A stretch of 64,000 bases of DNA from an uncultured Acidimicrobiaceae bacterium (GTDB lineage Bacteria > Actinomycetota > Acidimicrobiia > Acidimicrobiales > RAAP-2): contig CAVYKO010000009.1 of the NCBI GenBank assembly GCA_963769095.1, positions 15,510 through 79,509 on the forward strand, in the 5' to 3' direction. Position 1 is the first letter of the stretch. The number at the start of each line of letters is the position of its first letter. Shown here piece by piece: positions 29,841-38,734 of this stretch. Below the pieces are notes generated by a model. It did no database searches. It saw nothing but the letters and a program-made list of their open reading frames with translations, and was not told the DNA's origin. Both the position numbers and the translations under genes were made by a program.

Positions 29841-31031
29841 TCAGCGCGGCAACACCAGGTCCGGCAAAGGATGCCGGTACAGCGCGGCGGCGTTCTCGCA
29901 ACACATCGCCCGGAGCTCGTCGTTCGGGATGTGCCCCCAGCACTCCTCAATCACGCGCTGGGTGTCGGGCCACGTCCCGTCACCATGCGGATAATCGGTT
30001 TCCACCATGATGTTTTCGACCCCGATGGCATGCCGTGTGTCAATGGTGGAGGGGTCGTCGATGCTGCAGAACCAGAAGTTGCGGCGCATCACCTCTGCGG
30101 GGCGTATCGGCCAGCCGCGGCCGTATCCCGAGCGGTCGACCATGTTGTCCAAGCGGTCCAGCAGCATCGCAACCCAACCGATGCCCCCTTCGCTCATGGC
30201 GATTTTCAGGGCGGGGTGGCGCAAGGGGTACTCGGACCACAGCCATTCCGCGCACGCCGTGAGGGACCGCTGGCCGAACAAGGTGGCTCCGATCTGGAGC
30301 GGCGCGCCACCCGGCGGACCGATCTCTATGCCAGAACTCCCGACGTGCAACGAGACCACCGTGTCCGTCTCGACGACGGCCGCCATGATCGGATCCCAGT
30401 GCTCACGGTCCCACAACGACGGCAGACCGATTTCGTGAGGTCGCTCAGGGAACGTCACCGACGTGAAACCCCGTTCGGCATTCCGGCGGATTTCGTCTGC
30501 GGCGACCTCGGGATCGGCCAGGTACGTGATCCCCAGCGGCACGATTCGGTCCGGATGGCGCAGGTACCACTCCTCGAAGAGCCAGTCGTTCCAGGCGCGG
30601 ACGCACCCGAGCCCGAGTTCCCGATCCGGGCATGCGAAAAAGACCCGGCCGCAGAAGCCGGTGATCTGCGACGGGAAGTTCACCGACGCCCACACCCCGT
30701 TGATGTCCATGTCACGGACCCGAGCGTCGACGTCGTAACAACCCGGCCGCATCTGGTCGAAGCGGAAGGGCTCCAGTCCGTAGGTCTCGCGACGGCGTCC
30801 GGCCACCGCGTTCATCCCGACCTGGGTGTAGCGCTCGCCCTCGAATTCCCAGACCTGATGCCCTTGCGGGGTTTCGACGATCCGGGGAGCTCGGGCCTGG
30901 ATGGCCGCGGGCAGCCGGCCCTCGAACGTGTGGGAGGGCTCGACCACGTGGTCATCGACTGAGATCACGGTGTAGCGCTGCGCCCGCGTCTCGGGTTCGG
31001 GCAGAAACAGCTCAATATCGAGGGCGGTCAT
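29841..31031 (-). CDS. Amidohydrolase-2 family (ACMSD-like metal-dependent hydrolase/decarboxylase)
   Basis: ORF 29841..31301(-) read from internal ATG 31031 (MTALDIELFLPE). ISVDDHVVEP as the N-terminal metal motif, SLHVGSSG, and VETDYPHGDGTWPD as the C-terminal Asp/His motif. Confidence 0.78.
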   Translation of the reverse strand: MTALDIELFLPEPETRAQRYTVISVDDHVVEPSHTFEGRLPAAIQARAPRIVETPQGHQVWEFEGERYTQVGMNAVAGRRRETYGLEPFRFDQMRPGCYDVDARVRDMDINGVWASVNFPSQITGFCGRVFFACPDRELGLGCVRAWNDWLFEEWYLRHPDRIVPLGITYLADPEVAADEIRRNAERGFTSVTFPERPHEIGLPSLWDREHWDPIMAAVVETDTVVSLHVGSSGIEIGPPGGAPLQIGATLFGQRSLTACAEWLWSEYPLRHPALKIAMSEGGIGWVAMLLDRLDNMVDRSGYGRGWPIRPAEVMRRNFWFCSIDDPSTIDTRHAIGVENIMVETDYPHGDGTWPDTQRVIEECWGHIPNDELRAMCCENAAALYRHPLPDLVLPR

Positions 31032-31215
31032 CACCAAATCCCCGTTGTCAGTCCGGTTGCAGGTCAAGGATACGCATCTCGCTTCGCCCTGTCGGCGGTC
31101 CGTCCTGCACCAGAGCCCGCCAGGGCCAGAGCGCCTCCGCGGAGCGGCGGACATATCCCTTTCACCAGCCCCTCGCCGTTGGATACTGGAGCGCCGACGA
31201 GGAGAAGGAGGCGCG

Positions 31216-31914
31216 ATGGTTGCTCTGGTTGTGGTGGTGACGTTCGTGGTGTTGGTACTCAGCCTCCTCGTCGCGGGGCTACTGCGGAGCCACGCTGACA
31301 TCCTCCGATCACTTCACGAGCTCGGCGCAGGCGTGGGCGACCCGGCTGTCGCAGAGGATGTGGCTCCGGCACCAGGCGGCACTCCCGGCCCTCTGACGTC
31401 GTCGACGAACCAAACGGAACTCGTCGAAGCCCACACGGTTGCCGGACTCACTCCTTCCGGAGACGCGCGTGCCATTGCGATGAACAACAGCGACGGCTTC
31501 ACCCTTCTCGGCTTTCTTTCGTCCGGGTGCGCAACCTGTTCGGGGTTCTGGGAGGCGCTCCAAAGTCCCGACGGTTTGGAGCTGCCCGATGACACCCGCG
31601 TCGTTATCGTCACCAAAGGACCGGACCGGGAGATACCGGCCGAGGTGGCTGCAATGACAACCGGGCATGTCCCGGTGGTGATGTCCACCGAAGCTTGGCT
31701 CGACTACCAGGTCCCCGGATCACCCTTCTTCGTCCTCGTCGACGGCAGCACTGGTCTTACCGTCGGTCAGGGAGTGGCCGCACACGTCGGCCAGCTCCTC
31801 GATCTCATTCGACGCGCCGAGCATGACCGTGCGCCGCGTCAGCGCCGACGAGGCCGACGTCGAGCAACCGCAACGGGCCGGCCCGCGAGGCCGATGCCGA
31901 CGAGGTGCTCATGA
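31216..31914 (+). CDS. Membrane-anchored thioredoxin-fold protein with CxxC (MauD/TlpA-like)
   Basis: ATG 31216 (GGAGAAGGAGG just upstream) inside ORF 31045..31914. TM anchor MVALVVVVTFVVLVLSLLVAGLL, then LLRSHADILRSLHELG, then a redoxin-like core GFTLLGFLSSGCATCSGFW. The last ~30 codons are Arg-rich with poor codon usage, so the C-terminus is uncertain. Confidence 0.7.
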   Translation: MVALVVVVTFVVLVLSLLVAGLLRSHADILRSLHELGAGVGDPAVAEDVAPAPGGTPGPLTSSTNQTELVEAHTVAGLTPSGDARAIAMNNSDGFTLLGFLSSGCATCSGFWEALQSPDGLELPDDTRVVIVTKGPDREIPAEVAAMTTGHVPVVMSTEAWLDYQVPGSPFFVLVDGSTGLTVGQGVAAHVGQLLDLIRRAEHDRAPRQRRRGRRRATATGRPARPMPTRCS

Positions 31915-32042
31915 TGGCGGGCATCCGTCCCGGTGACCCCAGCCTGTATCCCCAATCCCTCGACGACGTCTTTCCACTCGGCGGTGGGACCGCCACGCCA
32001 ACGAGGCATTTCAACGGCACCGCTCCGGAGCGGGCTGAATAA
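31911..32042 (+). CDS. Possible 43-aa coupled ORF
   Basis: ATG 31911 overlaps the upstream TGA (ATGA), and its TAA 32040-32042 overlaps the next ATG (TAATG). It reads MMAGIRPGDPSLYPQSLDDVFPLGGGTATPTRHFNGTAPERAE. Alternatively it is part of a longer frameshifted ORF starting at ATG 31823. It is too short for the track. Confidence 0.3.
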   Translation: MMAGIRPGDPSLYPQSLDDVFPLGGGTATPTRHFNGTAPERAE

Positions 32043-32530
32043 TGGCAATGATCCGTGCCCACGGGATCGTGGCGCGTCTCCCTAGCGGCTTCGAAGGGCG
32101 GATCTTCGTACGTCCACCGACGGTGGGCACGAGCTATCCGGTCGGGCAGTTCTCGACCTTCCCCCTCCCCGATGACATCGGGGACTTCGGCAGCGGCGCG
32201 GTCAACCTCATGGGTGTCGACGATGTCTTTGCCACCCTGTTCGAATTCGGGCCGGAAAGCCTCGGAACTGCGCTGTTCAGCCATCAAGGACGGCCGACCG
32301 CGTTCACTCCGGGGGACTTCTCACCGGTTCGGCTACGCCGTGGACTCCCGGGCCAGTCAGGTACACAGTGGTTCTTCACCGAGGCCGGGCGGCCCTTCTC
32401 GTTCTACGCCGTTCTCGGGAGCCACCTCAGACGCGACGTGCTCGTCCCGGGCGTCAATGCACTCTTCTCGTCACTCGTCATCAGTCCGTCAGGGTCGACG
32501 ACCCAAGCCCCCGCGCCGCTATGGAACTGA
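32042..32530 (+). CDS. Hypothetical cytoplasmic protein (162 aa)
   Basis: ORF 32042..32530. Codon usage is good, there is no signal peptide or TM helix, and I recognised no motif. It is coupled on both sides (TAATG upstream, 10-nt overlap downstream). Confidence 0.6.
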   Translation: MAMIRAHGIVARLPSGFEGRIFVRPPTVGTSYPVGQFSTFPLPDDIGDFGSGAVNLMGVDDVFATLFEFGPESLGTALFSHQGRPTAFTPGDFSPVRLRRGLPGQSGTQWFFTEAGRPFSFYAVLGSHLRRDVLVPGVNALFSSLVISPSGSTTQAPAPLWN

Positions 32531-33095
32531 TCGGCGTCTTCTTCGTGGCCTGCGGCCTCCTCGTCGCCGCCGGGGCCGCCAAGGCGCTCCGGCCCGAAGA
32601 CACCGCTCGCGCGACTCGTCCTCCTCAACCCGCATGGGAATGCATTCGCACCGTCGTTCCGTCTGACTCGACTCGCGGTGAGGATTGGGGCCTTCCTCGA
32701 AGCGGCACTTGGTGTGGCCGCGTTGGTCTTTCCGCGGCCGCTCACCGCCGCGTTGGTGGCCGTCTCGTACGCGCTGTTCGTCGTCGTGGTGGCCTTCGCC
32801 AGAAGCCGTGGCGGAGCACTGTCCACCTGTGGCTGCTTCGGGCGCCCCGATACTCCCGCCACGATGGTGCACCTCGCGATGAACGTCCTCCTCTGTGCGG
32901 CGGCGATCGTTGTTGCGCTCCGCCCGCCCGATGCGACCTCGCTCTTCGTGCTACTCGAGCACCAGTCCTGGCTCGGCCTTCCGCTGCTCTTCGTAAGTGC
33001 CGTCGGCGTGTGGGTGACCTATCTGGCCCTTTCGCCTTTGGCCACCCTGGAGGCCGCCCGCCGTCTCGTCTCAGAAGGCGGCGACGAGCTCGTGA
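32521..33095 (+). CDS. MauE/DoxX-like redox-associated membrane protein (apparent frameshift near 32612; own stop not evident)
   Basis: ATG 32521 gives MELIGVFFVACGLLVAAGAAKALRPEDTARA (frame of ORF 32368..33492). It continues as LVLLNPHG...RIGAFLEAALGVAALVFP...GGALSTCGCFGRPDTP... (frame of ORF 32678..34465). The CGCFG motif and 4-5 helices are as in MauE. As sequenced it runs on into the next gene. A TGA at 33093-33095 in the +1 frame would form a GTGA overlap with GTG 33092. Confidence 0.65.
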
Positions 33096-33112
33096 GCCTG
33101 ACGACGGCGCTG

Positions 33113-34465
33113 ATGGAGCGGACGTCGGCCTTTCTCGACAGTCGGCTGTCCCGTCGCAGTCTGATCAACCGGTCGGCGTTCGTCGGCAGCGCTGTTGCCA
33201 TCGGCTCCGGGGTGGATCTCGCCCTCAAGCCCGGAACCGCCTATGGGCAGATCTGCGAGTGCGGGAATGCCGGGTGTGGCTGTGGCAGCACCTGTTGTTC
33301 GGGGTTTTCCGAGTTCTGTTGCTCGGTCAGCGGTTACAACTACTGCCCCGCGAACACCGTGATGGGTGGATGGTGGCTCGCCGACAACTCGTCGTACTGC
33401 GGCGGACCGCGCTACTACATGGACTGCAACGCCACCTGTTCCTGCGGTACCGGATGCAGCAGCGGGTTTCCCTTCTGCGAGCCCGGTTGTGACGCGACGA
33501 ACTGCGGCTGCGGGCCCCAGGGGTGCGACTCGTTCCTTACCGGATGTCTGCAATTTCGATACGGCCAGTGCAACCAGAACATCGCCTGTCTGGGTCGGAT
33601 CGTCTGCCGGGTGGTCGCCTGTGTCCCGCCGTGGCAGGTGGACCCTTCGTGTACGACCGCAGTGGCCGTCGACAACGGCACGGCCGAGCAGAACGAGCCG
33701 TGTTGGACGCCGGCGCCACCCTCGGTTCCCGTCGTCGCCATGGCCTCGAGCGTCAGCGGCCACGGCTACGGGGTCCTCACGATCTTCGGGAAGCTGTTCG
33801 CTTACGGGGACTTCCCTGCTGCCGGCGACGCGTCCGGACTGCAACTCGAAGCGCCGATGGTCGCCTTGGCGAGCTGCCCCACCGGCGGTTACTTCATGGC
33901 GGCGTCCGACGGCGGCATCTTCGACTACGGAGGTGCACCGTTCTACGGTTCGATGGGCGGACAGCACCTGAACGCCCGGATCGTCGGAATGGCCACGACT
34001 CGCACCGGCCGGGGGTACTGGCTGGTCGCGGCCGACGGAGGGATCTTCGCCTACGGCGACGCGCTGTTCTTCGGTTCCATGGGCGGGCGGCACCTCAATT
34101 CCCCGGTCGTCGGCATGGCGCCGACCCCGACGGGGAAGGGCTACTGGCTCGTCGCGGCCGACGGCGGGATCTTCGCCTACGGCGACGCGCTGTTCTTCGG
34201 TTCCATGGGCGGACGACCGCTCAACTCCCCGGTCGTCGGCATGGCGCCCACCACGACGGGCAAGGGGTACTGGCTCGTCGCGGCCGACGGCGGGATCTTC
34301 GCCTACGGCGACGCGCTCTTCGATGGGTCAGCGGGCTCCATTCACCTGAACCAGCCCGTGGTCGGGATGGCCCCCTTTGGCAAAAACGCCGGCTACTGGC
34401 TGGTCGCAGCCGATGGCGGGATCTTCACCTACGGCGGCGCCCCGTTCCTCGGGTCACCCGCATGA
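33113..34465 (+). CDS. Tat-signal protein: 26-Cys MauA-like domain fused to ~42-aa beta-propeller-type repeats
   Basis: Part of ORF 32678..34465, from ATG 33113 (or GTG 33092). MERTSAFLDSRLSRRSLINRSAFVGSAVAIGSG is a twin-arginine signal. There are 26 Cys between 33248 and 33712, including CCSVSGYNYCPANTVMGGWWLADNSSYCGGPRYYMDCN. Five full repeats plus a short final one of GYWLVAADGGIFAYGDALFFGSMGG-x-LN-x-PVVGMA follow. Confidence 0.75.
   Translation: MERTSAFLDSRLSRRSLINRSAFVGSAVAIGSGVDLALKPGTAYGQICECGNAGCGCGSTCCSGFSEFCCSVSGYNYCPANTVMGGWWLADNSSYCGGPRYYMDCNATCSCGTGCSSGFPFCEPGCDATNCGCGPQGCDSFLTGCLQFRYGQCNQNIACLGRIVCRVVACVPPWQVDPSCTTAVAVDNGTAEQNEPCWTPAPPSVPVVAMASSVSGHGYGVLTIFGKLFAYGDFPAAGDASGLQLEAPMVALASCPTGGYFMAASDGGIFDYGGAPFYGSMGGQHLNARIVGMATTRTGRGYWLVAADGGIFAYGDALFFGSMGGRHLNSPVVGMAPTPTGKGYWLVAADGGIFAYGDALFFGSMGGRPLNSPVVGMAPTTTGKGYWLVAADGGIFAYGDALFDGSAGSIHLNQPVVGMAPFGKNAGYWLVAADGGIFTYGGAPFLGSPA
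33764..34462 (+). repeat. 126-bp (42-codon) tandem coding repeats; three near-identical copies at ~34013-34330
   Basis: TACTGGCT(G/C)GTCGCGGCCGACGG(A/C)GGGATCTTCGCCTACGGCGACGCGCT recurs at 34016, 34142 and 34268. More diverged units lie on both sides. Confidence 0.9.
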
Positions 34466-35289
34466 CCAACTCCAAGAAGGGACGCGCAATGACCATCGCG
34501 CTCGCCGTTGCCGCCTGCACCATCGCTCTCGTCGCCGCGCTCCGGTCGACCTGGTCGCCCTGTGGGCTGTCCATGTTGGCCACCATCACCCCCCTGGCCG
34601 AACAAGGTCGCGGTCACCGGTATCGGACGACCGCCTGGTGGTTCGTCACGGGGAGCATCATCGGTGGTGCCTGTCTCGGGGGGGTCATGGCCCTCTTGGC
34701 GGCCGGAGTCGCGACAACCCACGTCTCGGCTTCTGCCACCGCGGCCATTGCGGCGGTCGCGTTCCTCGTCACCCTGGCCGCCGATGCGCGTGTCGGAGGT
34801 TTCCGCCTTCCCGTCCATCACCGTCAGGTCAATGAGCGCTGGCTCGATCAGTTTCGTCCCTGGGTGTACGGAGCGGGGTTTGGGTGGCAGATCGGCTCCG
34901 GCCTGGCGACGTACATCAAGACCTGTGCCGTGTACCTGATGATCCTGCTGGGGGCGCTGACCGGGAGCCCCACAACGGCGGTCGTCGTTGGCGTCGTCTT
35001 CGGCCTCGGGCGCGGCCTGGCCGTCTTCTTGGGTCGGCGCATCACCAGCACCGCCGCACTCGCCGACTTCCATCGACGGTTCATGGCCGCCGATCCGATT
35101 GCCCTGACCGTGGTGGTGGCCTGTGAGGCGGTTGGGGCAGTGATGTTCTCGGTCGTCGCCGCGCCATGGCTTGGCGCCACCGTCACCGCGCTCTTCGGCC
35201 TCACGATTGTCGCCTGGAGTGTCCGCCGACGTCACCGGAATGCCCTTCGCCCCATGGCAACCGACGCTCGCTCCGTGACGGTCCCGTGA
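34462..35289 (+). CDS. Polytopic membrane protein with Cys inside TM helices (CcdA/DsbD-like thiol-disulfide transporter candidate)
   Basis: ATG 34462 overlaps the upstream TGA (ATGA). It is the tail of ORF 33523..35289. It has about 6 helices, with STWSPCGLSMLATITPL and YIKTCAVYLMILLG Cys-in-helix motifs. The family call is tentative. Confidence 0.6.
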   Translation: MTNSKKGRAMTIALAVAACTIALVAALRSTWSPCGLSMLATITPLAEQGRGHRYRTTAWWFVTGSIIGGACLGGVMALLAAGVATTHVSASATAAIAAVAFLVTLAADARVGGFRLPVHHRQVNERWLDQFRPWVYGAGFGWQIGSGLATYIKTCAVYLMILLGALTGSPTTAVVVGVVFGLGRGLAVFLGRRITSTAALADFHRRFMAADPIALTVVVACEAVGAVMFSVVAAPWLGATVTALFGLTIVAWSVRRRHRNALRPMATDARSVTVP

Positions 35290-35382
35290 TCGTTCGGGAT
35301 TGACCGGCTGCCCGACCGCTACCATCGACTGATCGCGGCCATCCCGGATCAGCATCGCAGCGGCAAAGCGATCCGCCTCCTG

Positions 35383-36184
35383 TTGGCGGACGTGGATGGC
35401 ACGCTCGTCACCCAGGACAAGGTGCTCACCGACGCGGCAGCGGACGCGGTACGCCGTCTGGACGATGCGGGGGTTCGTTTCGCCATCACCAGCGGTCGTC
35501 CGCCTCGGGGCATGCAGATGCTCATCGACCCGCTCGACCTGCGCACGCCGATTGCCGCCTTCAACGGGGGCATCGTGGTCGATCGGGACATGAACACCAT
35601 CGAACAGCGATCCCTCCCCGAAGACCTCGTAGGACCAGTGATCGCACTGATGAAGTCCTTCGAACTCGACGTCTGGCTCTACCGGGGCGCCGACTGGTAC
35701 GTGACGGACCCCAAAGGTCCCCACGTCGACCGCGAGGCATGGACGGTCAAGTTCGACCCCAGCGTCGTCGACGACTACGCGGCATCTGACCGACAACGTC
35801 GCCAAGCTCGTCGGCGTGAGCGACGACCACGACGCCGTCCTCAAGGCCAGCGAAGCGGCGCACGAACAGTTCGGCGACCACCTCACGGCTGCCACGTCCC
35901 AGCCGTACTACCTGGACGTGACGCACCCCGACGCCAACAAGGGCTTCGTCGCCCGCTACCTCGCCCAGAAGTACGGACTCGAGGAAGCCGAGATCGCCAC
36001 CATCGGCGACATGCCCAACGACATCCTGATGTTCGCCCACTCCGGGCTGAGCATCGCGATGGGCAACGCCGACCCTCAGGTCAAGCGCGCCGCGCGCCGC
36101 GTCACGGCGAGCAACGAGGATGAGGGCTTCGCCATGGCCGTTGAGCGCTTCGTGCTACCGGCCGGCGCACCCCAGACGGCCTGA
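35383..36184 (+). CDS. HAD-superfamily Cof-type phosphatase (apparent frameshift near 35783; start unclear)
   Basis: ORF 35383..36123 (TTG start) has motif I DVDGTLV and motif II TSGR. The C-terminal part is ORF 35816..36184, with KG (ANKGFVA) and GDMPNDILMF. The beta-strand AIRLLLA preceding motif I lies upstream of any canonical start. Confidence 0.8.
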
Positions 36185-36259
36185 ACCCCGGACGGGGACA
36201 CTCGAGGCCAACGGGTGAGCAGATCTGGTGCACGCCCGCGGCGGGTCAAGAATAAGGCA

Positions 36260-37298
36260 GTGAGCGATCGTCCCCCGTCCGGCATCCGCATCCGCCGAGT
36301 CGGGTTCCGCTCCGGCACCGATGCCGAGCTGGCCGCCATGCACCTCGTAGAGACGGACATCGAGGCTGAACGACACCCGGGGTCGGCGCCGCAGCCCCTC
36401 GGGGCGTACCTGTCCTTCGCTCGCAGCCTGCCCTCCCAGTTCGACGACCACACGTGGATCGCCGAGGAGCCGGACGGCAGTCCGGTCGGCTGTGCAGCCT
36501 GCTGGTCGAACGCTGCGGGCGACCCCCTGGTCATGGAGGGCTACGTCTACGTCCTCGGACCGTGGCGCCGTCGGCGGGTCGCGTCCGAGCTCGCCAGAGC
36601 TGTCGTGCACGAGGCTGTCGAGGAACGACGGCGGACCCTCGTATGGTCGACCTACGACTCCGTGCCCGCGGGTGCAGCGTTCTCCCGCCGCATCGGCGGC
36701 TCGGATCGGGCGGGTGAACCGGACCAGCGAGCTGCGCCTCGAGGACGTGGACCGGGGGGAGGTGCAGTCGTGGGCCGAGCAGGGCGCCGGCCGGGGCGCC
36801 GGCTACCGTGTCGAGTTCTGGGAGGGTCCCTTGCCCGAACACCTCGTCGAGGACGGGGCGCGGTTCAATCGCCTGATGAACACGCAGCCCCGCGACGACC
36901 TCCGAAGTGGGCGACGTGGTCCTCGCACGCAGCGCACATCGCCGAGTTGGACCACCACCTCACCCAGTCAGGACGGCTCCGCTGGACCCTCTTCGTCCGT
37001 GACCCGGCCGGCCACTGCGTCGGGGGCACCGAGATCACCTTCGAGGAGTGGGACCCGACGACCGCCTGGCAACAGAACACGGCCATCGACCCGGACCATC
37101 GCGGCCGAGGGTTGGCCAAGTGGGCGAAGGCCGCCATGCTCATGCGGCTATCGCCAAGAACGCCCCGACGTCGCCCGGGTCCGGACCAGCAACGCGTTTT
37201 CGAACGAGGCCATGCTGGCGATCAACACGGCGCTCGGTTTCACCATCACCGAAGTCCGTACCGAGTGGCAGGTATCGGTCGCCGACGTCGCGACCTAG
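36260..37298 (+). CDS. Two-domain GNAT-family N-acetyltransferase (at least 3-4 apparent frameshifts)
   Basis: GTG 36260 inside ORF 36215..38722. GNAT A-motif-like GYVYVLGPWRRRRVASELARAV and IDPDHRGRGLAKWAKAAM. The reading alternates between the frames of ORFs 36215.. and 36492..37298 at ~36700, ~36900-36925 and ~37150. It ends SNEAMLAINTALGFTITEVRTEWQVSVADVAT-stop. Confidence 0.7.
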
Positions 37299-37300
37299 CG

Positions 37301-38683
37301 TCAGACCCCCCGGTGGTTCTCGAACCGGGCGTACTGCTTCAAGAACAGCAGGTTCGCCTTCCCGGTCGGACCGTTCCGGTGCTTGGCCACGTCGATCAAC
37401 GCATCGTCCGCCCGGTCGATCGGCACCTCGTCGTTGTATTCGGACTCTCGATAGATGAACATCACCACGTCCGCGTCCTGCTCCAGCGACCCCGATTCGC
37501 GCAGGTCCGACAGCTGCGGCGTCTTGTCCGTCCGCGTTTCGAGGTTCCGGGACAGCTGCGACAGCGCCACCACCGGGACCTCCAGCTCGCGGGCCAGGAT
37601 CTTCAGGCCTCGGCTGATCTCGGCCACCTCGTTCTGACGGTTCTCGGCCCGCCCCCGACCGGTCATCAGCTGCAGGTAGTCGATGACCACCAGCCCGAGG
37701 TCCCCCGCCGACTTCTTCAGCCGCCGGGCCCGGGCCCGGATGTCCATCACCGTCACGGCCGGGTTGTCGTCGATGTAGATCGGCGCGTTCGACAGCCGGG
37801 TCACCGCCGTCCCGATCTTCGCCCAGTCCTGGGTGCGGATCCGCCCGTTCTGCAGGTTCTGCCCGTTCACCTCGGCCTCCGACGCCAGCAGGCGCTGCGT
37901 CAGCTCCAGGTGGCCCATCTCGAGCGAGAACAGCAACGCCGGCCGCTGCACCACCATGCCGACGTGCGCCAGGATCCCCAAAGCGAACGACGTCTTGCCC
38001 ATGCCGGGCCGCGCCCCCACGATGTTGAGCGTCGAGGGCTGGAGCCCCAGCAGCAGGCGGTCCAGGTCGTGGTAGCCGGTCGGCACTCCGGTGATCTCCG
38101 ACCCCCGCTGCCCCAGCTCCTCGATCCGGTCCAGGCCCTGCATCAAAAGGTCGTGCAGCTGGTGCATCGTGTCGGCGCCCCGCCGCTCGGCCACGTTGAA
38201 CACCATCTGCTCGGCGTCGTCGACGGCGGCCTTCACGTCCTCGGGCACCGAGTACCCGATGTCGGCGATCTCGCCGGCCACGCCGATCAGCTTGCGCAGC
38301 AACGAGTGCTCTTCGACGATGGCGGCGTAGTGACGGGCGTTGGCGATCGACGGCGTGTTCGCCTGCAGCGAGATGAAGATCGACGGGTCCCCCACCTGCT
38401 CGAGCACCCCCGAGCGCTTGAGCTCGTCCGTCACCGTCACGGCGTCGATCGCCTCGCCCCGCTCCATCAGGGCCACGATCGCCCCGAAGATGTGCCCGTG
38501 CGCCGGCTTGTAGAAGTCGCCCGACGAGCACTTCTCGATCCCGACCGACGCCGCGTCGTTGGACAGCAGCATCGCCCCGAGCAAGGACTCCTCCGCCTCG
38601 AGGTCGTGGGGCGGCACCCGCGCCCCGGCCACGGGGGCGGGGCGGAGCGGTCGGGGGCGGGTGTCGTCGAAGGCTTGAACCAC
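37301..38683 (-). CDS. dnaB: Replicative DNA helicase DnaB
   Basis: ORF 37301..38749(-). PPHDLEAEESLLGAML, Walker A GARPGMGKTSFALG, Walker B VVIDYLQLM, ALSQLSR, RESGSLEQDAD. The protein is contiguous with no intein. I prefer GTG 38683 (GGGGAG upstream); the track start is GTG 38749. Confidence 0.95.
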   Translation of the reverse strand: MVQAFDDTRPRPLRPAPVAGARVPPHDLEAEESLLGAMLLSNDAASVGIEKCSSGDFYKPAHGHIFGAIVALMERGEAIDAVTVTDELKRSGVLEQVGDPSIFISLQANTPSIANARHYAAIVEEHSLLRKLIGVAGEIADIGYSVPEDVKAAVDDAEQMVFNVAERRGADTMHQLHDLLMQGLDRIEELGQRGSEITGVPTGYHDLDRLLLGLQPSTLNIVGARPGMGKTSFALGILAHVGMVVQRPALLFSLEMGHLELTQRLLASEAEVNGQNLQNGRIRTQDWAKIGTAVTRLSNAPIYIDDNPAVTVMDIRARARRLKKSAGDLGLVVIDYLQLMTGRGRAENRQNEVAEISRGLKILARELEVPVVALSQLSRNLETRTDKTPQLSDLRESGSLEQDADVVMFIYRESEYNDEVPIDRADDALIDVAKHRNGPTGKANLLFLKQYARFENHRGV

Positions 38684-38734
38684 GGCTCCCCTACTCTGAC
38701 GGCCGCACGCTGGGGAACGTAAGGACGAACTTGC

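Noticed and set aside
31216-35289. Calling the cluster a bona fide methylamine dehydrogenase (mau) operon
   Set aside because: No heavy-chain (mauB), mauG di-haem peroxidase, amicyanin or mauF/J/M/N-like genes are present. The Cys-rich domain has 26 rather than 12 Cys and is fused to repeats. Only a Mau-like maturation logic is proposed.
37299-38722. Continuation of ORF 36215..38722 beyond the GNAT gene
   Set aside because: This part is antisense to dnaB and gives an Arg/Pro/His-rich nonsense translation. The GNAT gene ends at 37298 in the other frame.
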